A DNA stretch of 64,000 nt. Origin: the human T2T-CHM13v2.0 reference genome, Homo sapiens. The notes beneath the pieces were generated by a model that did not search any database, was not told the origin of the DNA, and saw nothing but the letters and a program-made list of their open reading frames with translations. Shown here in pieces: positions 34,244-49,494 of the stretch. The translations under genes and the position numbers were made by a program. The stretch lies in assembly GCF_009914755.1 (NCBI RefSeq), contig NC_060936.1; one strand, 5' to 3'. Numbering within the stretch: the first letter of the stretch is position 1; every line of letters starts with the position of its first letter.

Positions 34244-35607
34244 CTCAGTGGTGGTCTTTGAGGTTGGTATCACAGATTGTGGGGAGGGAGACACATAATG
34301 TGTGGGGTAGGAAATTCGTGAGAATGTTTAGAGGCAGTAAGTCCCTGAGGCAGGGATGACATAGGAGTCTATAGAGACCTGAACTTGTCAACAGGAAAAT
34401 AAAAGATATTTTTAGGTGTCTGTGTCATTAAAGGACTTCTATGGGTGGGCGTGGGCCGTAAGGTTTGACTAAGAGCAGTAAAATGGGGAGTAGGTAACAG
34501 GTCACAGAAAATGGAAATCGGTCATTACTGTTTGTTTGAGATTCCATCAGTGTCTGGGGCTGGTTGGTCTCATTGGGGAAAGGAGCATCTTGAGTGGGAA
34601 GGATGCCCAGGAAATCCAAATAGACTAGCAAAGTAGCCAAGAATACAGAAATGCCCTCATCACCTCACCAAAGCCCGTGTCCCCTCATGTTGCTCTGGGA
34701 GGGCTGGGCCACCCACAGGAGACTTGCACAGGTTCCGGGGACCCCAAGCTGCTGGCAGAGCCCCCCACCAAGTCCTGTCCAGCTTCTGGGGCTCTGTGAG
34801 CAGCATGAGCCAATCCTCCTCACACACATGCAGAGCCTCAGAGAAGGAGCATCATCCTCCATCCTGCTGCCCAGGACAAAAACCTGGAAATTCTCCTTGA
34901 CTTTTCTCCCACTTTACTCCCCAAGTCTAATAGGCTCTAGGTCCTTATATCTCCCAAATCCACTCACCTCTTGCTATCCCCATAACCACTAACATAGTTC
35001 TGGAACCCACCACTGAAGCGTGTTCTAACTTCCTCCCGTCTGTCTTCCTTCCTGTCACTGAAAAACTGATGGCAGTCCTTCCTCTGCTTATACCTCTTCA
35101 TCAGCTCCCTTCCACCATTAGAATAAGGCCCGAACTTCCTAACGTTGCTTCGATATCCGCATGAGCTGGCCTCTGGTCTCCTCTCCGGCTCTCACCAGGC
35201 TTCCCTGCCAGCTTTGTCCCGCCATACCAAACTACTTCCAGTCCCATACAAGTGCCTGTCTCCCTTTCACTCCTGGACTCAGAAAATTCATCTTGCTTTC
35301 TCTGGAAATCATCTTAACCTCACGCCCCTTACCCTTGGCCCCATCAGGCCAGATTCCCTGGGTTAATTCCTGTTCTTGAGACTTCGGCTGTGATGTTTCC
35401 TACTTCACAGCTCTTTCGGGGCTGGGTGAGCGGCCCTAACTTTGTGCTGCCGTAGCCACTTGCATTTGCCAAAACCAGAGCATATCATCCTCTGCATCAT
35501 AGTGGGTTTTTTTTTTCCCACTTATCTGTCTCTCCATCTAGATCTGTGGTTCTCTACTCCCTGTAAAATAAATTAGAGTCATTGTTTTTTAAAAAAAATG
35601 CTAATGC

Positions 35608-37112
<1,505 letters not shown>

Positions 37113-38207
37113 AAAAGGCTGGGCAGGGCAGTGGGGCCTAGGGCGGCACTTGCTATCAGATGTCTGGAGGGCAGGGTTGGCTTTGGCCATAGATGGACCT
37201 CGGTTCAAATCCTGGCTGGCCATACCACTTACCAGCTCTAGACCTAGAGCAGGTTAACATCATGAATCTAAACTACTTACCACTTAACAAAGTGAGTGAC
37301 TATCTATAACTGTTGCCGTTGTTACAAGAAATCCACTTAGTAACTGCACTGAAAGCCCCTCATCCCCAAAAGGCAAGAAATGGGGAACAACCGGGTGACT
37401 AAGGAAAACTGCAAGTGAAAGCAGCTGTAATTTCTCTCGCTGTGGTTTGCGGTGCTCAACACTCTTGCTTGGCTGGTTGTCTTGGAGGGTTAATGAGGTC
37501 TCTGCTGAGTGTCCTCAGCTTAGCAATGGGCAGTGGGGCTCTGTTCACAGTCTCATCCCGGCCACGTGGCCTCCCGGGTTCAGACACCCTAGGCTGATGC
37601 TGTGGTTCCATGTGCCTGAACACGAGCATCCGAACTCATTTCCGGCCTGCCTGTCCCCCCATGCAACGGCTCCTGAAAAAGGGGAACCAAATGCTGCCCA
37701 TTTCACCCCCATCAATAGCTGACAACGCCTGGGTTCCTGCTCTCCTGACATTCCCACTCATTGTCGTCAGTGGAGCGAGCAGGCAGAGGGGAAGTGAGCT
37801 GCCTATCAGCCCCTGCAATCAGAAAAAGAGCCGGGTGCCTTTAAGACGAAGGTGGTGGGCAGCCATCCATCTTCCCTAAACACACACTCGCCTTGTTCTT
37901 CCATTTCTGGCTGAGTGATAAAAACGTTAAATGTCATTTCCTGTATCAGTGGTTAACCACTAGATGCTGGATCAGAGATTTACCAGAAGTGCTGAAGTTA
38001 TGGAAAAAAAATAAATAAACCTGCTGTTTTCAATAACCCTTTCTTGCACCCTGTGGGAACTATGTAACCTCTGGGGAGGGGGCTGCGAGGGGGTCGCTGG
38101 ATTTGACTTGGGCAACACACTTAGGACTAGATTTACCAAATGCTTTCTTATGCTTCATATAGGAAGTGAAGAGAGACAAAATGTAACCATCCTATACCTG
38201 TCCCCAA

Positions 38208-38211
38208 GTGC

Positions 38212-38256
<45 letters not shown>
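38208..38256. repeat. GTGCGC(GT)21 alternating purine-pyrimidine tract
   Basis: Direct reading. Confidence 0.95.
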
Positions 38257-38258
<2 letters not shown>

Positions 38259-38828
38259 AACGCTGGGAAAAGCAGGAGGAAAAATCATCCACGTGCCTTC
38301 TTTGCCCACCTCTCTCAGGATATCTTGCAGTCATTTTGGTTTTATTGACCCAGGGTTTTTGCAGAGGACAGTTGCCCTGACTATTCGATTCCCTCAGCTT
38401 CCTGCAACAATCAATGTCCTCCAGTGACAAGAAGGCTTCCTGGGGGAAAACATGCTCCCAGGAAACTCCTGAGAGGTGGAGAGCCCAGCTCAATCCTTTG
38501 TTGTGTCCTCTTCTTCTTTCAGTTGCTCCATTAAATTAATCAAGAGCTCAGAAAAGGGAAGGCCTGGCTTAGCCCCCAAGGAGAGGTGACTGGACCGACT
38601 GCAGCCTGCCCACAGCTGTACTCCAAGCCCAGCCATGCGCTTCTGACCTGAGGTCAACTCCCCACATACAGCTGCCCTGGGCTCCTCCCTGCGGCCTCCC
38701 AGGCACTCCCCTCAGTCTGGACATATAAGACTTAGGAGCTGCACTTTGTTCTAGCAATTCCATTTCCTTCCCAGTGCCAGTTGGGATGTGCTGTGCACAC
38801 CAAGTGCCCCTAGCTCCTCACCTACCTC

Positions 38829-38958
38829 TGGGATCACTGACAGTCCTGCTTTACCTGGGACCGAAGGGATTCATGGGGCGGCCGGGGCGGGGGAGGGAGG
38901 ACTTTTGTTTCTAAAACTGGGAAAGTCCCAGGCAAACCGAAATGAATTGGTCACCCCC
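38829..38958. mobile_element. MER81-like hAT-Blackjack MITE with G-rich insert and kB site
   Basis: ctaaaactgggaaagtcccaggcaaaccg...ttggtcaccc terminus. Confidence 0.78.
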
Positions 38959-39366
38959 GCAACAGATACAATGGTTTGCATAGGCACTTGCACGTTCTAT
39001 GTCAGAACGGTGGCCAAGAAATAAAAAATAATAAATATGATTTAAAAACCAGAAAATAATTTTTAAAAAATTTAATAAACATAAGATAATTTTTTTAATA
39101 AAATTAAAAAAAAAAAGAAACTGGCCAAACTTGAGAACAGATCTAGCCAGGGTACTGAGAACTGCAGACGGCATTGCATGGTATAAGAGTTCCCTGGGGA
39201 GATAGGACGGAGCGCATCACAGATCTCCCACTGCACCTGGCGCATACCTAGAAGTCATCCTCTCTCAATTCAATAGTTACTAGAGGAGATCTGAAATCAA
39301 AGTCAGAATCAGAAGGGAAAAGAGCATGGGAAAACGTACATTCCACTAAATCTCTTGTAGGCCTCT

Positions 39367-39378
39367 GAAACTGAAACT
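39367..39378 (-). promoter_or_regulatory. ISRE consensus match
   Basis: GAAACTGAAACT = reverse complement of AGTTTCAGTTTC. Confidence 0.45.
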
Positions 39379-40520
39379 TCTTTTTCCTTCCTCGCGCCCT
39401 TGAGTACCAACACCATCAGCCCCCCTGGTGCCCAGGACACAAAGATTCGAGAGATGCATTGCTCTTTACTCTGCCTCGCTCCCACTTCATTTTATTATTA
39501 TACCTAGACCTGATTTCCTGCCACCTAGGATCTCTCCTCTCCACTTCCACTTCTATGACTATCCTTCCGCTGTCTCTGCCCTCAAAGACTGGCCTCCATC
39601 CTCTCCAACCTCAATTTCATCTGCTCCCTGGCATGTTAGATGCTCCCTACTTTTTCAAATTATATTCGAGAAGTGTTTATTGAATACCTAGATCAGAAGG
39701 ATGCCAGAGAGGTCGCACCCGGATTTCATATGGCATTGGACATTTCTCATGGATGCCTTTTTGAATGACACCATCTGTAACATCTTACTGACTGAGAAAA
39801 CCTCCTGGACACTGCCAGCAAAGCTGGGCATGGCCTCCCTTGCTTCCTGGTGCAAATTGCCACTTAGCCCTCATTACATTGCTATGACGACTACTTTCTG
39901 TTTCCATCTTGTCTACCAGCTGCGAACCCCAGTGTCTTATTTACCCTGTTTTCCCAGGTCAATCCCAGACCTTGACAGATAGTGGCCATTAAATACATGT
40001 AGAAAAGAAGATGGTCTGGAGATGAAAGGGGGAAATATTGGGTGGATGCTATTATACTTCAATGGGTCTGTAGCCATTTGAACATATACATTTCAAAGGC
40101 TATTGATTATGGTTGGATCAACCTGGAAGATGATCCCTATTAGAGAACCAAAGGTCTCAGCCCTGGGCCCTATCCTAATGTTTTTACAAACTTCCTGGAT
40201 AAAGATTAAAAAGGTACCCAAAACAGATTTACAGATAAAACCAAAGCTGGGAAGTATCACTAATATGTAGAATGCTAGAATTCATGTTCCAAAATTGTCT
40301 TGGCTTATGAGATGGATAGACCAAAACTAAGAAGGTAAAAATACACACCCAATTAGTGTAAAGGCTACACTCGTAGTAGCACCATCACTAGCACAATGAG
40401 GAAGATGTGGTTCAGCAGCAGTTCGGGTGAAAAACTCCTAGCAATTCCTAGTCTTTGAGCTAGAAGAGAACGTAGAGGACTATCCAATACAGAGAGTCTC
40501 AAGCTCTTTTCAAACAATAA

Positions 40521-40875
<355 letters not shown>

Positions 40876-41789
40876 GGTAAAAGAAATTTTTTAAAGGTGC
40901 TGCTCTGGTTAGGAGTAAGGGAAAGGGGTCTAACAAGTCAGCCTCCAACCAATTCGCCCCTCCCTGCTATCTTATGAAGACCCCTGAGGCACCCTCCCAA
41001 ACTCCTGGGGCTCTTCTGAGTGAACACTGTTTGAAAACACAGACCTGAGTCAATCCCCTTGCTCTACACAGCTGCCCATCTGGTGAGTGTCAGAATTCCC
41101 CCGAACCCTCTAATCCCTCAGCCGGCTTTATTTTGTGTTGCATTTCATTTTTCTTTATAGTTTTTGGCCCTCCATGGCACTGTATGCTGCACTTCACTCT
41201 GTGCACCGCCTGGCTGTCTCACTGGAGTCCTGCTGTCTTTTTTCCACCAGTGCATCCCTGCTGCACGGAACACAGTGGGAGGAAGATTTAATGGGAAAGG
41301 AATGAATGAACTGGAAAGGAACCCAGGTATCTTGACACCCACCCAACTTGCCCTCCCAGTAGTGTAACTGTCCCCAACAACAACCAAAGCCAAGATCACA
41401 TTAGGCTGCATTAGGAGATCAAATGGGCCCACCGTACTCATCATGGTTCAAGCCTTGTCTGGAATAGTGTGTTAGATTCTAGCAGCTACATTAAAGGAAA
41501 CAAATGTGGCAGAAGTGGCATATAAATAATATTATTGAGGGATGACTTTGTGCCAGACATACTGTACATTCATCTCATCTAGTCATGACAATTATGCTGT
41601 AAAGTAATTATTATCCTCCTTTTGAATCTGGGGAAACAGAGGCTCAGCACGTTTCAGTAATTTCTCCAAAGGCCTAGGATTCAAACCCCTGGCAAAGCTT
41701 GGGTTCTATCCACCACACCGAGGTGTCTCTTGGAGGGGCCCCCAAAAGGGCAAGAAGAGTATGGAGGATCTAGAAATCATGACCAGTGA

Positions 41790-42087
<298 letters not shown>

Positions 42088-43189
42088 GAGAGCGAGAGAA
42101 AGAAATCACGACAAATGAGACATTTAGCCTGGAGAGAATCAGACATACATGACAGGCTGGGTGGGGAGTGAGGAGACCATGACAGCAGTCACTGAAGAAA
42201 GAAGAGCACTTTTTGAGGAGGGAAAGTGCTGAGACTCAAGGCCCCTTGTCAGGTGAGGTGTAGAGGAGATTCCCAGATCGGTAGGAAAGTGGCCCAAGAA
42301 CTCTGGGCTGTGTTTTGGCCTTGCTGCACATTTGTGGGTGGAGACAATTCCCTGTGCCCACCACACACCCACACCATCCTCTATCACCACATCTTCTGTG
42401 CCACAGGCTCTCCCGAGCTGTCTGCCTGTTTATTTTCCTGTGACGAGAGGGACCAAGCAGCAGCAGCAGCAGCGGCATCATAATAACTGCCCACAAGTTG
42501 TAGTTGGAATAATTTTCAGAATGGCTCGAGCTCTATGGTTAAAGAAACGACTGCTGGTGGAGTGTAGTAAACAGGCCCCAGCCACAGAACACAGCAAGTG
42601 GGCACAGGACATGGGAGTCCAAGAGCAAGGCCCGGGTCCAGGACGCAGCAGGGCTGGGAGGAGCTGACCACAGGACCCCACTCCCCGCAGGGCAGCACTT
42701 CATCCAGGGCCCTTCCCTGGCTGCGTAACTGCCCAGATTCGTGTCTCCTGATCTGTTGTAACACACAAAGGCATAGAGCAGAACAGGAAACTCAGGAAAA
42801 AAAAAATGGTCTTTTCCCTCTTGAGTGTCTGCTCTGATAAAGACCCTTCCCAGAGGCTGGTCCTTGTCTCAAGCCCACTAGAAATTCTGCCATGAGTGTG
42901 AGTTTTAGAGACACTGGGGAAAATAGAATACACACCAGCAGCCATCTCGCTCTTGGTTGATCAAAATAGAATCATAATAGTTCTCTCTTCCCTGTCCAGA
43001 ATCACCTTCTTCCCATTTTTCTGTGCCCCCTGCCGAGAAACCAACCAAGACAAGGGGTCAGAAGAAGCACTGAGAAACCACTGGAGAATTCACAAGGATA
43101 GTCAAGGTTGACAGGGTCCATGGAAAGACCCCTAAAAGTACCCTGTCTAGAATGTGAGAGCTGCAAGGGCCTGCAGAGTCATCTAGTCT

Positions 43190-43475
43190 GACTGTAAATA
43201 TATTCAACTGCGGGCCATATGCGGTCTCCGTCACAACCACTCAACAAAAGCAGCCATAGACAATACATAATACAATGGCCATGGCTGTGTTCTAATCAAA
43301 CTTGACTTATGGTTATCAAAATGTGAATTTCATATAATTTTCATACATTATGAAAACATTACTCTCCTTCTCAATTATTTAAAAAGGTAAAAGGCATTCT
43401 CAGTCCACTGGCCGGACGAAAACAGGCAGTGGGCTCAATTTAGCGTGTGGGCCACAGTTTGTCAATTCCTGATCT
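43190..43475. mobile_element. MER58B-like hAT element
   Basis: gcgggccatatgcggtctccgtcacaaccactcaac...gcagccatagacaatac...ggccacagtttgtcaattcctg. Confidence 0.82.
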
Positions 43476-44811
43476 AGTCCAAGCCCTTCCTGAGACAGAG
43501 GAGAAATCTGACTCCTAGGAAAGGCAGCGACTGGTGGTTCAGTGTAGGATTCCCATCCACACACAGTATTCCATTCTTGTGCTGGGCTCTTGCCCATGCA
43601 AAGTGATATTTCAGCTGCCCTCATTTCCCTTGGGCATGATGTGCCTGTACTGTGAGGGCAGCAGCCTGGTCTAAGCCCTGCCAACTGTAACATCTGGAAT
43701 GGAACTTCAGGACTTGACAGACTCTGACTCTGTCCCATTTCTGCACTCACTCCCAGGATGACCTTGGGCAGGTCCATCACCCTCTCTTGATCCCATCAGA
43801 AACTGCAGACATGGGAACCACACGGGTCATCTCTGAGAGTGGGTCTTCAGTCATTGTCCTGCCTTCCCCTCTCCTGGGATCAGTACCAGCAGGCCCCTGG
43901 CATCTTCTCCAGCAGCCATCTCTCGGAGCAACCAGTTCTGAGGCCACCAAAGTATAGTGACTTCTGGGCAGGAAAACTAGGGATGGAAGCAAATGAGTTG
44001 TCTGTTTTCATGCAGATGAAGTCGTGGGAGGACGTATGATTCATGTGTTGAGTGCTTTTTCAATAGCATGTTTCTATCATTTCTGGAAGACAGCAAGTTA
44101 GTTTCCCCCCGAGGTGGTGGGAGAGGATGTTGTTTGTGGTTTTCCCTTTTAGAGGGGAGTTACATTTGTTTTTGTTGTTGCTTTGTTGGTTTATCAATTT
44201 TTTTGTTTTGCTGTGTTGTGATTTGTGTTCATGAGGAGTTGGAGATGGCGGTTGGGAGAGAAAGTTTTGGAGGGGTAGGAGGAAGCAGAGCCTATGTACA
44301 ATGTCTACAGGGGCTGATCACACAAACAAGGTCAAGGTGGTTCAAAGTCATAGTCAGATGCCTGGGGGCCTGCCAAACACCACATGCCTTGGTTAGGAAA
44401 TTAGTGACAGTTTGACATCTGGGTCTTGTGTGATTGCCATCCAAAGATAAGGAAGGGAAAGAGGAGAGTCCTGGCATGGAGTTCCAAGCAGGCTCAGAGC
44501 CCCGGGCCTGCCTTTCCATCACATTAAAGAATGTGGCTGCTGTGCCCTGGAGCGGTTCCCTAGTCACACCAGGTGATGGGAGCCAGGAGCATGGGATAGA
44601 AGGAGCCTGGTCACTGTCCAGCCCAGAGTATCGCTCAGTGTTGGCTCCCCTGCCAGTCTCTTCCAGGGTATCTGACACCCAAACAGGTTGGTGCCTGGAA
44701 TTAGGGTATTAGGCCACTGGACCTTCTTGGGGAGCTCTAGGGGGTCTCTGGGAACTTGAATAAGAGCTGCTCCAAAAACTTCTCTGAATCCTGCACCCCT
44801 CCCTTAGCAAG

Positions 44812-45016
44812 CAGTATGCTGGTAAAAGGTTAACAACCAAGTATCTGGCGAAAAAATGCCCTGATTCATAGCATTTGCTAACTCCCATGGTGTAAATACT
44901 CTCCTACCTTGGCCAATTTCAAGTGGCCAGTGTTATGTTAACTAGATCACAAAAATCCTGAAAATTAACATTGAGTTTTCTCAAGCCAGAATGAGCCCCT
45001 CTTCTACACCACAGCC
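44812..45016. mobile_element. MER63-like hAT-Blackjack element
   Basis: gctggtaaaaggttaacaacc...cccatggtgtaaatactc...ggccaatttcaag. Confidence 0.78.
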
Positions 45017-46541
45017 CTGAGCCCTCTGGAACCAAAGGAGAACTCAGAAATCAGGAATCATTTGGTCCCAGGCTTTCCAGGTGCCAGAATGAACCACGAG
45101 CTCCCGGTGAAGCCGCAAGTTTTATGAGTCTGCAGCACCTCACAGTGGAGGGACCCTGGTGGGGGCAGGAGGAAGGAACGGAAGTTGGCTAATTAGAGAC
45201 CCTAAAAAGCCCCCAGAGAATGCAAGTAAGAGAGAAAAAGGGATTGGGAGTAAATGCTAGGAACTCAAGCATTCAAACCTCTGTGTGGTCCACAAAACAA
45301 AAACTGTGAGGTATTTAACCACCTCTCCTTCTTATTTCCTGAGTGTGTTCCTGTCTCAGTCCATCATTTTCCAGAGAAAATCTTCCTAAAGGATGTTAGG
45401 AAGCAGCTGTCCATCCCATATCCCTGAGAAGGGGTGCCCTGCCCCTGCAACGTACTAAACACAAGGTGGTGGCTGACATGGAGGAATCTGTCCCCTACAC
45501 ACATAGGACCACTCTGCCAGCCAGGCCCAGGTAGCACCTGGGATGAACTCCCCTCACCCTGCTCCCTGGTCCTCTCCCTACTAAGTCCCATCTAACACAC
45601 TCCTGCTTGGCTAAGGGAGGAAAATCGCACCTCCTCCAACTCCTCTGATGTCCCTACAGTCCATCCAAACTCACTTACAAGAGTAAGGATTCTTGGATCG
45701 ACACAGGCCCCTTCCCTTGGGCAGTTTCGGCTTAGCAGGCGTTCTGGGAAGACAGCCAAGCAGTAACTCACTTATGAAAGACTTCATTCTGTGCCTGCTC
45801 TCCTCACCCAACAGCTGACACACATGGACCCCCCTCGCTGCCATTTTAGTGGCCCTGGCTGGTCAGAACCTACTCACCTGGCCCGAGAGGCCCACAGTGT
45901 CCTGCCTCCACTCCCTTTCCTAGAGCCCTGGATTCCATTCCTACCTCTGCCGCTAATTGCCTCGAACACTCATTTAATCTCTTCTGACTATGGTTTCCTT
46001 ATCTGGAACACACAAATGGTTGGACTTCAATAATATTCCATACAAGTTTTATAGAAAAATAAGATTTGTTTGGAACTTTAAAGCGATCAAGTATTTTCAC
46101 TTAATTATTACAAAAAGTATGTGATATAAGTAGTAATATTAGATAATATTAGGAACTGAGGCTCAGAGAGCCTGGGAAATGCATTCCAGATTACCTGGAT
46201 AAGAGGTAGCCCACCCAAACTCGATCTCATTCCTCTGACAGCCAACACTGCACACAGACACCTGAGCAAGTTGCTACAACTGGGATCCCACAGCAGAGTC
46301 CCACAGCTGTTCCTCAGTTAGCATTCATGTCCCTTTGATTCACCAGTTTAACACAATAAATTCCGTTCATTCTAGGCTGAGAGACTAACGTGAATACGCT
46401 CAATGTCCAGGAGAAAACTAGGGTCTGTCCTGAGCAAAGTTGGTGAGTGAGCGCCATTTACCTTCCCTGAGCCCCCCAACCTTCTGTGCACAATTCTATG
46501 TCCTATACCTTTGCCTTTGCAATCTAACATTCTTCCTTGTC

Positions 46542-47233
46542 TTTTTTTTTTTTTTTTTTTTTTTTTCTGTTAGAGTCAGGGTCTCTTGTTCCGTCACCAA
46601 GGCTGGAGTGCAGTGGCACAATCATGGCTTACTGCAGCCTCATACTCCTGGGCTCAAGCGATCCTCTTGCCTCAGCCTCCCAAGTTGAGGACTACAGGCA
46701 TGAGCCACTGCATCTGGCACCTTTCTTGTCTTAATACTGTTCTAGTCCATCCAAAACAACAACAACAACAGCAACAACATTTCAATCAAAGAAACATACA
46801 ATACTGCCTCCCCACCTCCTGCAATAAAACAAGTGCTGACACCCACCTTCCACAAAAGAGGAGAAAGGGACCCTTTCACCCGACATGAGGGTTTCTTTCA
46901 CTTTTTTCTTTCTTTTTTTTTTTTTTTGGTGGGGTGACAGGCTCTCACTCTGTCGCCCAGGCTGGAGTGCAGTGGTAAAATCACAGCTCACTGTAGCCTC
47001 AACCTTCTGGGTCAAGCGATCCTCCCTGAGCCTCGGCCTCCTGAGTAGCCAGGACTGCAGGAGCACACCACCACCATTCATTAGCGGCCCTGCCTGACTA
47101 ATTTTTTTATTTTTTATAGAGATATGGTCTCATTATGTTGCTCAGGCTGAACTCAAACTCCTGGATTCAAGCAATCCACTCGCCTCAGCCTCCCAAAGTG
47201 CTGGGATTATAGGTATGAGTCACCGCGCCTGGC
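46542..47233 (-). mobile_element. Alu monomer (46542-46718) and AluJ (46890-47233)
   Basis: Antisense Alu matches with poly-T. Confidence 0.88.
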
Positions 47234-48454
47234 CTATTTCACATAGTTCTCGCCCTTAGTCCTATGCTGCCCTGTCTACCTTGGGGCAGAATTTTTCCAT
47301 CTGCCCCAAGCGCTGTATTCTTATAACCATCCTGTCTCTTTATTTATTGTATGTCCTGGATGCCAGCGAGGCCCCCCTCTACACACACACTCAAGAAGGT
47401 TAAGGCAAGAGGAAGAAACAAAAAGAGGGACAATTTACTGCCCTTTACATAGCACTTTGTCATAACAATACCCTTCCAAAGCCCTCACTGAACGGTGAGA
47501 ACAATCCAATGAAGTAGGTTTTGTTATGTCTGTTTTTACAGAAAAGGACACTGAGGCTCAAAGACTTTGTAGGTCATTCACCTCGTAAGTAGAAGAGCCA
47601 GAATGGGAATCCATGTTCATCTGACTCCAAAGGCAATGGAATGGCCAGGCCCCTCCCTAGGAAATTATCTAATAGGACTCTTCAAGGATATTTGCCTTTT
47701 AACAGGAGTGTCTTGAAGCCAGGGTCTCACAAACCAGGCAACAGAGCTCGAAGCGGTCATACCCAATACCTGCTGATGCAATCATATGGACCCAATGGGT
47801 TTGAAGCGGGGTGATCTCTTACTGCACCAATTAAATAGTCATCAGTTCTACCAACCATAAAACCAACCATAAATGTAAACAAAGAATTCCTGATCCCACG
47901 GGTCTGGACACTAAAAGTGTCCCCAAACTTAGAGAAGTTCTGGAAAAGAACATATCAAAATTTTGGCTTTGCTCCAGATGCTATAGGAAACTGTACGTCA
48001 CAAGAGTTCTCCATTATTGCCCAGACAATGGAAATAGCAACCACGCAGCACCTTCTAAAATCCCTTGCAGTCTGAGACGTGTGGTGGAGACCCTGGTTTT
48101 CATTCATTATGCATGAACCCAAAGTACAGACTTGCAGACCTTCCTAGAAATGAGTAGTAAGTTCAGACCATCAGAATATTCAGAAACCTGATGTATTTCA
48201 GAGACTTTAGCAGTAAAAAGGGGTCAGAACACTAGAATAGCTGTCTGGTGAAATCTAGGAGCTTTGTTCATAAAGACATTATGATTCAGTTAATGAGATT
48301 TGGCAAGGTATTAACCATCTTGGTAGACCAATAATGGTTGGCTGCTATGGAGTTTAGACTGGGAAATAGAAAACTGAACTGTTATCAGAAAAGTTTGAGA
48401 TACTTTCCTATACTTTTTGTATAAGATGAAAGCCTGCAAAAGATGAGGCTCAAA

Positions 48455-48508
48455 AGATATGGAGACAACCTAAATGTCCATCAATGGATGAATGGATAAA
48501 GAAAATGT

Positions 48509-48554
<46 letters not shown>

Positions 48555-49085
48555 TATATACAATGGAGTATTATTCAGCGTTAAAGGGCCGGGGGCAGGA
48601 TCCTGTCATTTGCAACATGGATGAACCTGGAGGACATTATGCTAAGTGAAATAAGCCTGATTCAGAAAGACAAATACTGCATGATCTGACTTATGCAAAA
48701 AATCTAAAATAATCAAACTCACAGAAGCAGAGAGCAGAACAGTGGTTGCCAGGGGGTAATAGGGAGGGAAAATGGGGAGATGTTGGTCAAAAGGTAAAAA
48801 GTTTTAGTTATGCAAGATGAATAATTTCTGGAGGTCTATCGTACAGCACGGTGACTATAGTTAATAATACTGTATTGTACACTTGAAACTTGCTAAGAGG
48901 TAAGATCTTAAGTACTCCCATCACAAAATAAGAGAAAATGACTACTATGTGAGGTGATAGAGATGTTAATAGCTTGACTGTGTGATCATTTAATCATGTA
49001 TACATATCTCAAAACATCGGTTGTACACCTTAACTACATACAATTTCTATTTGTCAATTATACTCCAATAAGAGTTGGGGGAAAT
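48455..49085 (+). mobile_element. L1MA/MB 3' end with (TA)n(CA)n
   Basis: acaacctaaatgtccatcaatggatgaatggataaagaaaatg; tggatgaacctggaggacattatgctaagtgaaataag; possible TSD aaaagatgag. Confidence 0.92.
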
Positions 49086-49124
49086 GGAAAAAGATGAGCT
49101 TCCATAAATCATCTGAGCATATCA

Positions 49125-49494
<370 letters not shown>

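Noticed and set aside
39417-39435. CTCF-like TGGGCACCAGGGGGGCTGA (minus)
   Set aside because: Mismatches at conserved core positions
42457-42475. Short CAG repeat giving polyQ/polyA in ORFs
   Set aside because: Only about 5 units, with no exon context
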